This document shows positions 39,131 through 51,000 of a stretch of DNA of 64,000 nt, piece after piece; the stretch's first letter is position 1; the number at the start of each line of letters is the position of its first letter. Source of the DNA: an uncultured Candidatus Saccharibacteria bacterium. GTDB taxonomy: Bacteria; Patescibacteriota; Saccharimonadia; Saccharimonadales; CAYUUR01. The DNA lies in contig CAYUUR010000002.1 of NCBI GenBank assembly GCA_964448075.1, forward strand, positions 645-64,644. Direction: 5' to 3'. A program made the translations under genes and the position numbers. The notes beneath the pieces were generated by a model. The model was not told where the DNA came from, made no database searches, and saw only the letters and a list, made by a program, of their open reading frames with translations.

Positions 39131-40168
39131 TTACACGGCTTGGTGTTCGTTTTCTGCCGATAACTTTGGGCGATAAAAGTCTTTAAGTTGAGCCATGATG
39201 CTCTCCGGTAGGGTAGTGAGTGCGAGGACATAATTGCGACGCTCCTTGAAAGACTGGGCGTAAACAAAGTCAATGTCTTTTTCACTAAGCAAGGGTATAA
39301 GTTTATCTCCTTCGAGAAGAGTGCGATCATGACTTCTGGGTGGGTCTGCAGGATAATGCTTAGTGAAATCACTTGGGTCGAGCCCCTTATCTTTAATAAT
39401 GCGAAGCATTACAGGTAGCGCAAAGAGCTCCGCCCTGTCGGCAATTGATTGATACAATTTCTTCCTGCTTTCATTAGAAATAGTCTCGTTGACAGCAATG
39501 TTTTCTGGACTGTACTCTCCTGCAAATGCATCGCCAAACGCACCCCATATGTAAGTAGGGATAGGGCCATTATAACCAACCTCTTCGGCGCTTTTTGCTG
39601 TCGCTTGGAGTGCACACCAATAGTCCAGATTAGAACGTGAAGGGTCAAGATCGACAACTTCACGACCTTTGGTATTTTCTAGCAAAGAGGCGTATATATC
39701 ATTGTCTTCGTCGGTTCCATTATAGCCGTGTTCAAGAAGCATGTAAGTAAATCTGCTTGTTCTACCGTTTCCGTCTTCGTAAGGATGGATAGCGTTAATG
39801 GATAAACCAAGAATAAGAGCGGCATCTTCTGGTGACGGGGCTTGCTGAGCAGCTTCGTAGGCAAGTCGCATGAGTGGCTCGCGATCCTCTTTGAGCGGAG
39901 GCTGATGTTCAATGCTACTACCGGATAGCACACCTGTTTGTTGTACGAAGCCACCACCGTCCATATGCCTCCCTGAAGTCGGGATGTTACGTTGAAGACC
40001 GTTGAGGCGATTAAGAAGTGATGAAAAGTCTTCGTAGGAGTGTGCTTCAATAAACTGTTTTGCTGCTTCAGGAGTAGCAAATGTCTCTGCTGCACCAAGG
40101 CGCTCCATTAATGCGACGGCGGTAGGGATTGTCTTTGTTTCGATTGTTGGCGTGATTGTTTCAGACAT
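39131..40168 (-). CDS. Fic-domain protein
   Basis: HPYEDGNGRTSR Fic motif. Start moved to ATG 40168 (MSETITP). Confidence 0.85.
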   Translation of the reverse strand: MSETITPTIETKTIPTAVALMERLGAAETFATPEAAKQFIEAHSYEDFSSLLNRLNGLQRNIPTSGRHMDGGGFVQQTGVLSGSSIEHQPPLKEDREPLMRLAYEAAQQAPSPEDAALILGLSINAIHPYEDGNGRTSRFTYMLLEHGYNGTDEDNDIYASLLENTKGREVVDLDPSRSNLDYWCALQATAKSAEEVGYNGPIPTYIWGAFGDAFAGEYSPENIAVNETISNESRKKLYQSIADRAELFALPVMLRIIKDKGLDPSDFTKHYPADPPRSHDRTLLEGDKLIPLLSEKDIDFVYAQSFKERRNYVLALTTLPESIMAQLKDFYRPKLSAENEHQAV

Positions 40169-40402
40169 TGTTGTTCTTTTTTTGTTTTGGCTGTTTACAT
40201 CAGTAATATTACCACAAAAAAGTACTAAAGTCAAACTGTAGGGACCCGACCTTCTGCGCACGGCTGCGGGCTTTCTCGGAGCGAGCTCCTGCGAGAGCCC
40301 TTGCCGACCGAACTGGCGATTCGCGTATTTGCAGAGCAAATCCGCATCGCAGACAAGTCTGCCCAATGAAAAAGCCCAGTCGCAAGGACTGGACTCTTTC
40401 AT

Positions 40403-40479
40403 TGGCGGGCCCGACCGGATTCGAACCGGCGATCTCCTCCGTGACAGGGAGGCATGTTAGGCCTCTACACCACGAGCCC
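40403..40479 (-). tRNA. tRNA-Asp(GTC)
   Basis: GGGCTCG/CGGGCCC acceptor, CCTCC-CTGTCAC-GGAGG anticodon arm, CCA. Followed by terminator GTCCAGTC/GACTGGGC-TTTTT. Confidence 0.94.
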
Positions 40480-40554
40480 GCATCTGTTGTTGCGTTCACT
40501 AAACGAACGAATAACAGGGGCAATCATAGCAAGTTATTGCTCAAAATGCAACGA

Positions 40555-41001
40555 TTACTGGGCTGGTACTTCTTGGTTGGCAGCGATTGTGATGACATTT
40601 ACAATCTGTTTGGTTGACGGTCGGTATATGATGACCTTACGCTTTTCTTGATAAATCAGTAGCTTGTCGCCATTCTTTACGCCTTCAAAAACCGGATTGT
40701 CGGCAAACTTGGCCTCGTCTTTAACAAGCGCTGGGATTGGTTGCTCACCCGTTGGTAGCACCATCACCTTGCCAACTTCACTTACGGTATCTTCTGATTC
40801 CTTGGCTACCGCAGCAGCTGGGTCGTTATAGCGCTTTAACTCTGCCCGCGCGTCCATATACTGCCACACCAAAACGCCAACTGCGAGTACCGCCAGCACA
40901 ACCAAACCTCGTTTGATATTTTTTGGTGTCAGGTGAGCCTTAAAACCCGTTGCTTTTGAACGGGCAGTCTTCCCATCTTCATTAATATATACATTCCCCA
41001 T
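40555..41001 (-). CDS. Conserved CPR single-TM secreted protein
   Basis: TM then 'VGKVMVLPTGEQP...F...KNGDKLLIY...IIYRPSTKQIVNV'. Confidence 0.75.
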   Translation of the reverse strand: MGNVYINEDGKTARSKATGFKAHLTPKNIKRGLVVLAVLAVGVLVWQYMDARAELKRYNDPAAAVAKESEDTVSEVGKVMVLPTGEQPIPALVKDEAKFADNPVFEGVKNGDKLLIYQEKRKVIIYRPSTKQIVNVITIAANQEVPAQ

Positions 41002-41119
41002 AATCTTGTAGCTTAAGTTTATCGGGTCTCCCCTGTTTGCGCAACTTGATTTGCCTATGTTAATCCGGGCAAACTCTCGGTACAATATAAGCACCCGTTG
41101 AGGACCTATGAGGAAGTAA

Positions 41120-42064
41120 TTGAAACGTAATATATTTGTCATCACAACTGTTGTTCTAGTACTAATCAGCCTTTTTTTGGGCTATCAGCTCTTCTGCTCC
41201 AAGAAGAACGAGATGCCAACTGAAGCACAAGCCAAGTATCCGCTACTCGCCAAGCGTATATTCCTGGAGAACCCTAACGACACCATTGTTAACTTTACCC
41301 CTCTGCGCAAGCAGATAAGCGATTACTTAGCCAAAACAAAAATCCCGCATAGCTTCTACTTCGAATACCTACCGACGGGGTCAAATATCCGCGATGGCGA
41401 GACCAATGAACTAGTCGGTGCTTCTCTTATGAAGATTCCAATCGTCATGGATCTGTACAAAGCTGCAGAACTCGGCAAAGTTGACCTTGATAAGAAAGTG
41501 ACCGTGACCGCAGAAGCCGTCAGCAACGATGGTGTTTACGGCAATACTGACCAGCTCAAGCCAGGCGACAGCCTTACGCTCAGACAAGCCGCAAAAATTG
41601 CGCTCATCGAGTCAGATAACACAGCTGCCTACGTGGTATACGCAAACACAAAAACCGTCCTCAAAGATGATGAGCTGGCCATCAAAAGCCTCGATGTAGA
41701 GTTTGCTGAAACGAACACCGCAACCGGTAGCTACGTATTGATTGGTTCGCGTGCCTATTCTTCCTTTTTGTCATGCCTCTACTTCTCGTGCCATCTCAAC
41801 CGTGAGCACTCCCAAGAAATCCTCAATCAGCTAACTGAATCAAAGGACAACAATCGACTCCGCGCTGGTGTCCCCGCCGATGTCAAAGTAGCCCGTAAGA
41901 TTGGCTCGTTCAGCAAACAAACCCAGAGCGACTGTGGCATCGTGTATATACCGAATCGCCAATACTCCATCTGTTTGATGCTACAAAGCGACGACGCCAT
42001 GACGAACAATCACTTCAAAGCCATCTCTAAAATGGTCTACGATTACGTATCTACCGCTAATTAG
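41120..42064 (+). CDS. Class A beta-lactamase-like serine hydrolase
   Basis: SxxK (ASLMK), SDN, K[T/I]G (RKIGS), N-terminal TM/signal. Confidence 0.85.
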   Translation: MKRNIFVITTVVLVLISLFLGYQLFCSKKNEMPTEAQAKYPLLAKRIFLENPNDTIVNFTPLRKQISDYLAKTKIPHSFYFEYLPTGSNIRDGETNELVGASLMKIPIVMDLYKAAELGKVDLDKKVTVTAEAVSNDGVYGNTDQLKPGDSLTLRQAAKIALIESDNTAAYVVYANTKTVLKDDELAIKSLDVEFAETNTATGSYVLIGSRAYSSFLSCLYFSCHLNREHSQEILNQLTESKDNNRLRAGVPADVKVARKIGSFSKQTQSDCGIVYIPNRQYSICLMLQSDDAMTNNHFKAISKMVYDYVSTAN

Positions 42065-45000
42065 TTCTGCGATTGCAGTGGAACATCTACGGTCTTTGCG
42101 TCTTTGACGCTGACCGCGGTCCAGGCAAACTCGATGTCCTCGGTGGCGTCTTCTGACAAGATGATCGTAAAGCCCTCTTCGTCCAGGTCGTCATAGGCAA
42201 ACTGCGTGAACTTACCGTTCTTGATGTTAACTGTCACGACCGGAGTATCTTCGTATGGCTTTTCGAATTCTATCTTCACTTTCTTTTGCGTCTTGTAGAT
42301 AGTAGCGAAGCCGGCGGAATCGTTGTTCTGGGTGAGCCGTCCCTCAATCTGCACATCTTTCTGGAAGATAACTGTGTCGACAAATGTTGCAAGGCGGTAG
42401 AAGATCGAGGCGCCGAGGAACTTGACTGGGCCAGCCACTTCTAACGCGCCATTTGCAAACAAGACACCATCAATAGTAAGGTCTTTGCTAACCGTTGCCG
42501 TTTTCACGATGAAGTTATCCATGTCTATTGCTGGTGTTACAGTACCCGTAGTAGTACTGGTGTTTGTACCTGTAGTGGGCTTGCCTGTCAGTTTGCCGAC
42601 TAGGATTTCTAAGCCTTCTATCTTATTAGCCTTGATGCTATCTGCCGTAATGTCTTTGGCGATGATGCTAAGACCATTTACCTCTAGTGCACTGACGCGA
42701 TCAGCCAATATCTCTGACTGCGGCTCGTCCGTTGCCACTTGCTGCTGTTTGCGGCCAAGTAGGTAGCGAATAATCTCGTCTGATTTTTGCAGCTTCTCAT
42801 CCAAGACACCTTCTTGGAGATTAACCAGTGGGCCAAGCACCGTATCTGGCAGTGTGAAGCCTGAGTCTTGGAATTCTTCCATAGCGACCTCTACTTTTTG
42901 ACCACTATAGTCGACCAAGTTCACAAATACCGTTATAGTCGTGCAGCGCAGATTATCTGGACTTCCTTCTGGACAATCAATAAGCGTGTCAGGATTAACG
43001 TCTTCAAGAGCGACACCGACGACTCGACCAGCAGCCACCGCCTTCATGCCGTGCCCCGGGATACTACTAGATGTGATCCTGTCACCAGATTTTATCTTTT
43101 CGTTCGGCTTAAGAGCAACCTTAACTGGCACGCGACCACTGAGAGCAATCGGATACGAATTATCTTCTTGTGGGCCGATGACAATACCCGGCTGGGTTGC
43201 CACAATTCCCAGTGCCTTATCGTCATATGGCTGGCTGGTCCGACGCACCACGCCAACGTTATTGTCTTCTGAGCTAACAATTTCTCCAGCAGTTAGCGAC
43301 TCAAACGAGGTAAAGCGCTCGGCAAGGTCAGCACCACCAACACCACCCACTTCTGAAGACACACCTGCCATACCATCGACAATCAGCTCACCCCGAATCG
43401 AGGATACATTACTGAAGAACTTATCGACGTCTTGCTCGAGATTTCTGTCGAATTTTTCGAACCATACGTTCGCCGAAGAGCCCATTGCCACCACACCGCT
43501 TTCTACCGAGAAGGCGTCAATGTCATCGGCGTCCGTACCCGACCAACTTGTGCTGGTAGTGTCTGTGACACCAGCATCTGAGTGGTAAAGATTTGATATG
43601 AAGGAATTTCCATAACCACCAAAGACGCTGACTGCCCCACCATCACTACCATTACTCGTTCCAACGTATAAGTCAGGGTTTGTGCCTAAGAAGTTCGAGT
43701 TATTGAGTGCGATCGACGTGACCGTATTGGTGTCCCCGTACAATTTCTCCGGGACAACCTCATAGTTTGAATCAGTGCTTGGCGTTACCGTCCAAGCCGG
43801 GCTAACGGTCAGGGTCGTGCCATCGTTGGCAATGACTCGTCTTGACTGACCAGCGCCTGTTCCGCCAGTAATCTCAACCATACTTCCCACAAATGCGTTA
43901 GTGACGTACGACTCTCCAGAGTCACCAATTGTAGTACTACTGCTTGTAGTCGCAGCCGATACGACTGTCGAAGGTTTAGCCAACGCGCTGCGTCCTTCAA
44001 GATATCGTTTCCTGATTTGTGCCTGACTGAGAGTATCAGATGTAGTAGCGCCACCACTGGCAAAGTAGACATCATCAATATCTCCATCCCAGAAGTTTCC
44101 ACCTGCGGCACCACTAGCGTCCGCACCAATCGTTAAAATTTGTGAAGCATCTAACGTACCGGTTGCTCCAAGCGTCGTGTCACAGCCAACGGCTAGTTTA
44201 CCATCAAGGTATAGACATATACCCGTATCCGTATTGAGAGCCACGACATGGTGCCATTGGTTATCGTTATATGTCTGAGTTGAGGTAACAGAGTCATCAT
44301 ACCCAGCAGTTGCAGCGGTATCCTGAATACCAAAAACGATTTGACCACTTGAGTTCATCTCAACCGTGTAGCCGATACCTTCCGTACCAGCAAACGCACT
44401 GTATCGCTTATCAATTAGAACGTCAGTACCTGTAACAGTCGCAGAGTGCTTAAACCACGCCTCTACATGGAATGAGATGGCCGCAACGTTGAAGTCAGCG
44501 TCTGTATCGCAAGTACCGTCATTATTAGCATCTGAACAGAGGAATTGGCTCGTGCCGTTGAATCTCAGCCCTGTGCCATGAACACCATTAACCCCATAAG
44601 TAGGCGCGACTTCTGGTTCAAGTACACTGTTGCGAATAGTTGCATCCGTCAGATCTCCAGATAGGTTATCAAAACTAAACATACCTCGTTGAGTCCCTGA
44701 CATATAACCAGTCTCGCGGCTAATATTGTAGTTCTTCGACCAACCAATAGAAGTACCAGACGCCGTGTTAGTATCGTGAACTTCTGTTAGCCCAGCGCTA
44801 TGGCCAACATATATCAGATCTGCCGCGTCGTCAGCCATCGATGCACGTTCCATTACTTTCAATGCATCAGGCGCACCCACCGCGAATGTTGGTGCGGCTG
44901 CACCATTTGCCACGTGCGGCAGGTTTGCAGCCTGCTCATCAAACACATCCGTAGGTGTTGCCTGGTCAGCTTTCGCTACATCGATACCGACCGTACCGTT

Positions 45001-48000
45001 TGCTTGCGTACCATATCGCTCTACTTGAGATAAGGTTACGTTGAGTCCGTAGAGACGACCTCTCTTCGTCACATAGACAGAGCTAAACTGATCTGTCAGG
45101 TTATCACCAAAATCAAGCGTTTGCTGTGCGGATAGGTTAATGACCGACATTGAATCATCTGTGGCAGCGGCAATAAACGTCGCACCGTTCAGTGGTCCAC
45201 CGTTTGTTTCGACAGAACTTGATCCATACAGCACCGAGCCGTGCACGGCATTTACAGCGTTATGGCGAATGGCCATAGCCGTACGACTATCGATGTTGTA
45301 CGTAACAGCCGTGTTACGGTTGGCGATATTCTTGTCACCCTGGTCTCGGTCAGTTGTGTTGTAGTTGAACAAACGATCACTTGTGAAGTCGATAGCATAT
45401 AAACCGCCTGCTGCCGAACCGTTTGCGCCGACGTACACAACCCCATTGAGCGCAAAGACACTGGAAGGATCATTGTTTGTATCGACGCCAATCGCGTAAC
45501 CAGATGCATTCTGGTTAAATTTCATGAACATTTTATAGTCATTGGCATCAAATATATACACCGCGCTTGAGGTAGATACGATAATCGCTTTCTTTGGAAA
45601 GGCCGACGAACCACAACGAGTGTCACTGGCAATATTACATGCGTCACCATAGCCATCGTTCTTACTCTCTGAGTACCAGCTCAAAGCTCGAGATGTTGGC
45701 GAGTCTGTCCATGCGCCAACATCAGAATCCTTAGTCGTGTCATATACGAAGATATCTGATATGCCCGTAAGGCCAGTCTGTTTTGAGATACCTTTCTTTA
45801 CAAGGTCGCCGTACAAATCAATCTGCCCCGGGCTCGTGGCGCTACCGACCTGGAACGTACCGTCAGTTTTGAGCGTAGCCACGCCACTGCGGTACAGATT
45901 GGTGTCGCGTGATGAGCCAAAGGCAATGCCGGCTGATGCGGTCGTATTATCAGCGTTACCGCTCAACCATAACGTCTGGGTATCTGCTGCATCAATACGC
46001 ACGCCATAGTCAGTGCTGCCAACGGACTGAGCAGCAACTCGAATTCCATAATTGTTCGCGATAGTTGCTCCTGAGACAGTAGCACTATTTATCTGTAAGC
46101 CTGCAGCCGTAGTGACCGTACCTCCACCTGCCATGCCAATCCCGCCCTCAAGCGCATACGCATCGGTCATGGTCCCGCCAAAGAACACACTCGAAACAGC
46201 GCCACTCACTCCAACGGCTTTTACTACGTCTCCACCGGCGACTCCGATTACCCCGCCCGAAAGGCCATAGATATAATCGGCGCTGCCGAAGGCATTACCG
46301 CCAGCCAAAACGTTAATCCCTTTTACGGTGGAGGTGCCAGTTCCAGCGTTGTCACCGCTTACGGTTAAATCCAGACCAAAGGTATTAATTGTCCCCCCGG
46401 TGGCACCTGACCTTGCCACTACTAATTGCTGACCATAGGTATTGTCAGTACCAGTCGTAACTATACCAGTATCTGAAACTGAAACCTTCAGGCTATAATC
46501 GTCCGCCGCAGTGGTATTGGTACTCGTAAACGCCGTGTCTATCTTGCCATTATCAGCAATAGTAAACACAGTCGTGCCATTGTCTTGAATGATGTAGTCA
46601 CCGGTACCGGCAAGGTTGGTGACTACATTGCCGGAGCCGTTATTCGTGATGGTATACGCAGGGTTGTCGGTCGCATCGAGTGTGTAGCTGTAAGCACCGG
46701 TGTCACTCAGCGTCATGAAGGCTGTTCCGTTATCTTGGAACTCGATATCGCCGGCACTTGCCAGGTTGTAGACGATGTCTGCAGCATCAACTGATGCCGA
46801 CGTAACCCGTAGTGGCGAAGCCGTTGAGCCACTAAGTGTAGCAATATCGGTAATGAATTGATCTTGTGCACCACCCCCGGTTGAAGCAGCGTTCTCAGTA
46901 AAGGTAAAGCCGCTTTCGGCTGCCGTCAGTTGCCAATTCCAGACCACGTTGTTTGCGGCATTGTTGATACTTGCCCCGGTCGTTGCAGCCGTCACCTGAT
47001 CGAGCCGCGCTCCGCTGCCACCAGCACCACAGCCTGCATCAGTCGTGTTACAGACGGTCTTTACGACGCCGTTTTCTATAATCTTCACCTTGTTGAGCGT
47101 TGAGTCATAGAACAAACCGCCGCTGAGCGCACTCAGGTTACTCGTTGGGTCAGCAGTTGTGCCGTCGAGCTGTAGAATCGTCGTAGCCGTATCGGTACCA
47201 GTAGAATTACCTATCTTTACCCTGTTACCGCCGCTGCCACTGCGAGTTGCCGTGTCTACTGTCATCACTGTTTCTGCTGCTGAGGCACTTTGTACCAGCA
47301 AGGCACTGCTGGCAGTACTGACCAGATTCAACGCATCGTCTGTTTTGAGTTGATTGGCTGCACCCCGATATAGGTTAGTGTCTCGTGACGTCCCAAATGC
47401 GATACCAGCCGCTGAAGTAGTCGGGTCAGCTTGATCGTTAGCAATCCATAAGGTTTGTGTACTTGATGCCCCCAGCGCAGCCGTATAGTTGCTACCTGCA
47501 GCCGTATTGCCGCCAACGAACAAGCTATAGGCAGTCGTAATTGTTGAGCCGGCACCCTCACTGACCCCGTCAACATACAAACCATAGGCAGTTGGCACCG
47601 TAAATGTAGCCGCTCCTGTAGCCGCTGCAACACGCAAACCAACAACGCTCGTTGGGTTCGTAGGATTCGTAATCGTCGCACCAATATACCCACCATAGCA
47701 ACCAAAGAGACAATCACGAGCACTGGTGAAGTTTTCCCTCACCTCAAGGGCAGTGGTGAGGATGCTTATTAGACCCGGGTCGCCAACATACAAGGCACCA
47801 TCTACCGCCACTCGAGAGGAAAGTGTATCAGCCGTAAATAGTGGTGTACCCGCAGCATTTTGGATTTCGAACGCTGTGGTTGTGTCGTCTCGCGGCCGTA
47901 TAAGCAAAGCCGTATCAATGGCGCCGCTAAATGCTAAAGTGCCGGCAGTGTATGAAAGCGCTGTTGAGCCGGCCGTAAGGCTAATTGCATCGATGTAAAC

Positions 48001-51000
48001 CGACCGCGCTGTAGCACTATTTTGTTCAATATAGAGGTACGGGTTACCAGAAACAGTGCCAGTCGTAAACGTACAGGTTGCACGCGTCCAGCCAGTGGTA
48101 TATGCAAACCCTGTAGCAAAACAGTCAGACTCAGTCGAACCATCACTAGCATAGCCTGCCCCGAGAGTTCCGTTCAGCAATACAGAAGTTCGAACGTTAA
48201 ATGACAGTGAGTAGGTCGTGGAACTCGTGAGCGTAATTGGGTATTTCACGCCATCACCACTCACCGCCGTCGTATCGAACTTCATTGATTGAGCGCCAGA
48301 GTAACGCTGAGCGTCGGTTTGGTGGACTCGGCTGGTTGAACCCTTTACCTGCCAGCCAGATGGAGCAGTTACTGCCTTGAAGCTCACCTTGTCTACGACA
48401 ATATAACGAGCTGTTGCATCAGTTTGCTTGATATAGAGGTATGGCGTACCGCTGACCGTAGTCGTCGTGACGATACAGTGATACTGCGCCCAGGTTGTAC
48501 TAATTGAGGAACTATTGAGGGTACAGTTAGATTCTGTTGAACCGTCATTGGCGTACCCTGCCGCCAACACAGAGCCGCTCCCCGCTACCGTTCGTGCCCA
48601 GAAGGTCAATTCATACGCCGTACTGTTAGGCAACGTCATGTTATATTTGGCACCATCGTTGGCAGCCGCGGTGGTTGTCAGCACCATCGATTTACTCTTG
48701 TCGTACACATAGGTGCCATCATACCCAATCGAGCCAGCACCCTTAGCTACCCAGTTACCCGAATCAGTCTCAAAGCTTGGGTTATTCATGAGATTGCTGG
48801 AGTCACCTGCTTCAAAGCCGCTGTTACTAATCAGATTGAATTGATTAACAGATGTGTCAACCTTGATAACGCTGTCACCTTCACTGTTTGCGACCGATAG
48901 TGCGCTACTGCTCGTTCCCTGCAATAACGCTCCAGAGAAGCTGGAATTGCCCGTGCTACTTGGTGGCGCCGAGTTAGTAACCCAACTAAGCGTTCCGTCA
49001 TCAACCAAACTACTCCTCGTCACTTCAACATACTGCGATAGTGACGTCCCAGAAATACAGTTGGCGCTCGGACATCGATAAACCCGGTATTTGGTCGCAC
49101 CCGGCACGGTGTTCCAGGTCATCCCTACAATATTATCTGCGGTCAGTGCATTACCTGTGGTCACCGTAAAGACTTTTTCATCACTCGGGTTGCTCTCGCC
49201 ACTCGTGTTGATCGCTGTTACGCGATAACGGAAGGTGTTGCCGGAGGTAAGCGTACCATCCGGCACTTCAGCATTGCTTACTTGACGGAAGTTAGACGGT
49301 GCAGCCAGTTCAGTTATGCTGAACGATCCACCATATTGGGTGTAACTGGTGTCGACAGTCAAGGTATTGTTTAGCTTTACACCCCGGTCGAGGAAGCCAA
49401 TGAGACTGGATGCGACGTCCGCGTTACCCTTATCGCTGAGATGTAGACCGTCCATTGTACCAGCGCCACCAGCACCATTATTATAGAAGCCTTCGCTCTC
49501 TGCCCAGCTAAAGTCACCACCCCACTTGCGCCACAAATCCAAGATGCCACAGCCGTTTTCGTCAGCTAGCTGATAAATGACATCTCGGTAGGACTGCACA
49601 CCAAAGACAGAGGTATCATCTCCCGTCTGCGGTGCTGGGATAATCAGCACACAGTCTGCCGGATCGCTTGACGCCTTGGCTTGACCTATCCATTTTTGGT
49701 AGGACTCTTTGAATCCTTGTGGCGTGGTGTTTGTGCCCTGTTCGTTTGTGCCGTATGCAAAGACCACGAGGTCGGGTCGTGGATCAAACACACCAATCGC
49801 CGAATCGTATGCATTGAATGTACCGTGCGTATACGTACTGGAGGTCGCCATGTTATTAACCCGGATACCTGTATCAAACGTCGCATCAATACCTTCGAGG
49901 TTAATACACTCGTAACCATTGCCACCATTGCCGTCATCAGGGACCGTGATACTCAGAGTGTGGGTTTTTTGCGGATCAAGATCGGCTACATTGACTCGGT
50001 TACCATAACTCAGCGTTGCGCCATTTGTTGTAACCGTACCAGTTGCCGCACCACCATCAACACTATAGTAGAACGAATCAAGGCCAATGAATGAGCTCTC
50101 TGTGTATTGGATGGCTAGATTATTACCACGGAAGTTAATCGTCAGCTCCGCCAGCCCACTCACCGTATTACACACTAGCAATGCACCACCCGCCGCCCCA
50201 CCGTTGCCAAGTGCGTATGATCCATAACTGCCCTGGGTGAACAATCTATTATCATAGGGCTTCTGGAAGCCCGTGCCACCGTCACCGTATTTTTCCTTCA
50301 AAGCTTTTTCTACCAAGGCCGGTGTACTCTTTACTGCCCGGTCAGAACCTGCCAGACCCCACGTAATGCTGTCACCGATAAAGTTGACGACCACCGCTTC
50401 GCTGTTGGCATTAGCCAAAGCACCACGGAAGTGTTTAAGTGACTCGTCAATGTTATAGGTGAAGTCTTTGATGCCTTGCTGGTCGTTACCGCCCAAGTAC
50501 TCAACATTTAGGTTTTCTACCAAGGCAGTTGAAGTAACGGTAATTGGTGGCGTACCCTGTGGCGCGGCTAGCTTGATGTTATTGGTTATGATGCCCGCAC
50601 CCACAAAGCCAGTTTTTTGCGGTCGGTTAACGGTCAACTGGTTGTCGGCCGTGTTGTCGGTGTAGGTTGTGGTCGAGTTATTGGCAATGGTACCGACCAG
50701 CATGAATGGCCCCGTAACGTTATCGTTGATTGGCTGAGCAAGAATGTTGTTTTGAGGAGTTAGGAACGAACGATAAATCTTACGCGCTACTGTTCCTGGA
50801 GGCCCAGCCGATATGCTGGTCAGACTCGCCTGCTGACCTGTGCCGTCAGGTGTCACTGTGCCTGACATAGTACTGAGCGCACTTTCTGCGCCACTGGCAT
50901 TCACATAGCTATATGCCCAAACATATTTTAGGTTCTGAGTAAGGTTACCCGCTGATGTAATAAGACTCGCCGATGGTGCAGCCGGGCGGTTAGAAGTGTT

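Noticed and set aside
41120-42064. Antibiotic-resistance beta-lactamase
   Set aside because: It has the SxxK/SDN/KxG fold motifs, but I cannot confirm the omega-loop Glu166. Such proteins are common cell-wall serine hydrolases in CPR.
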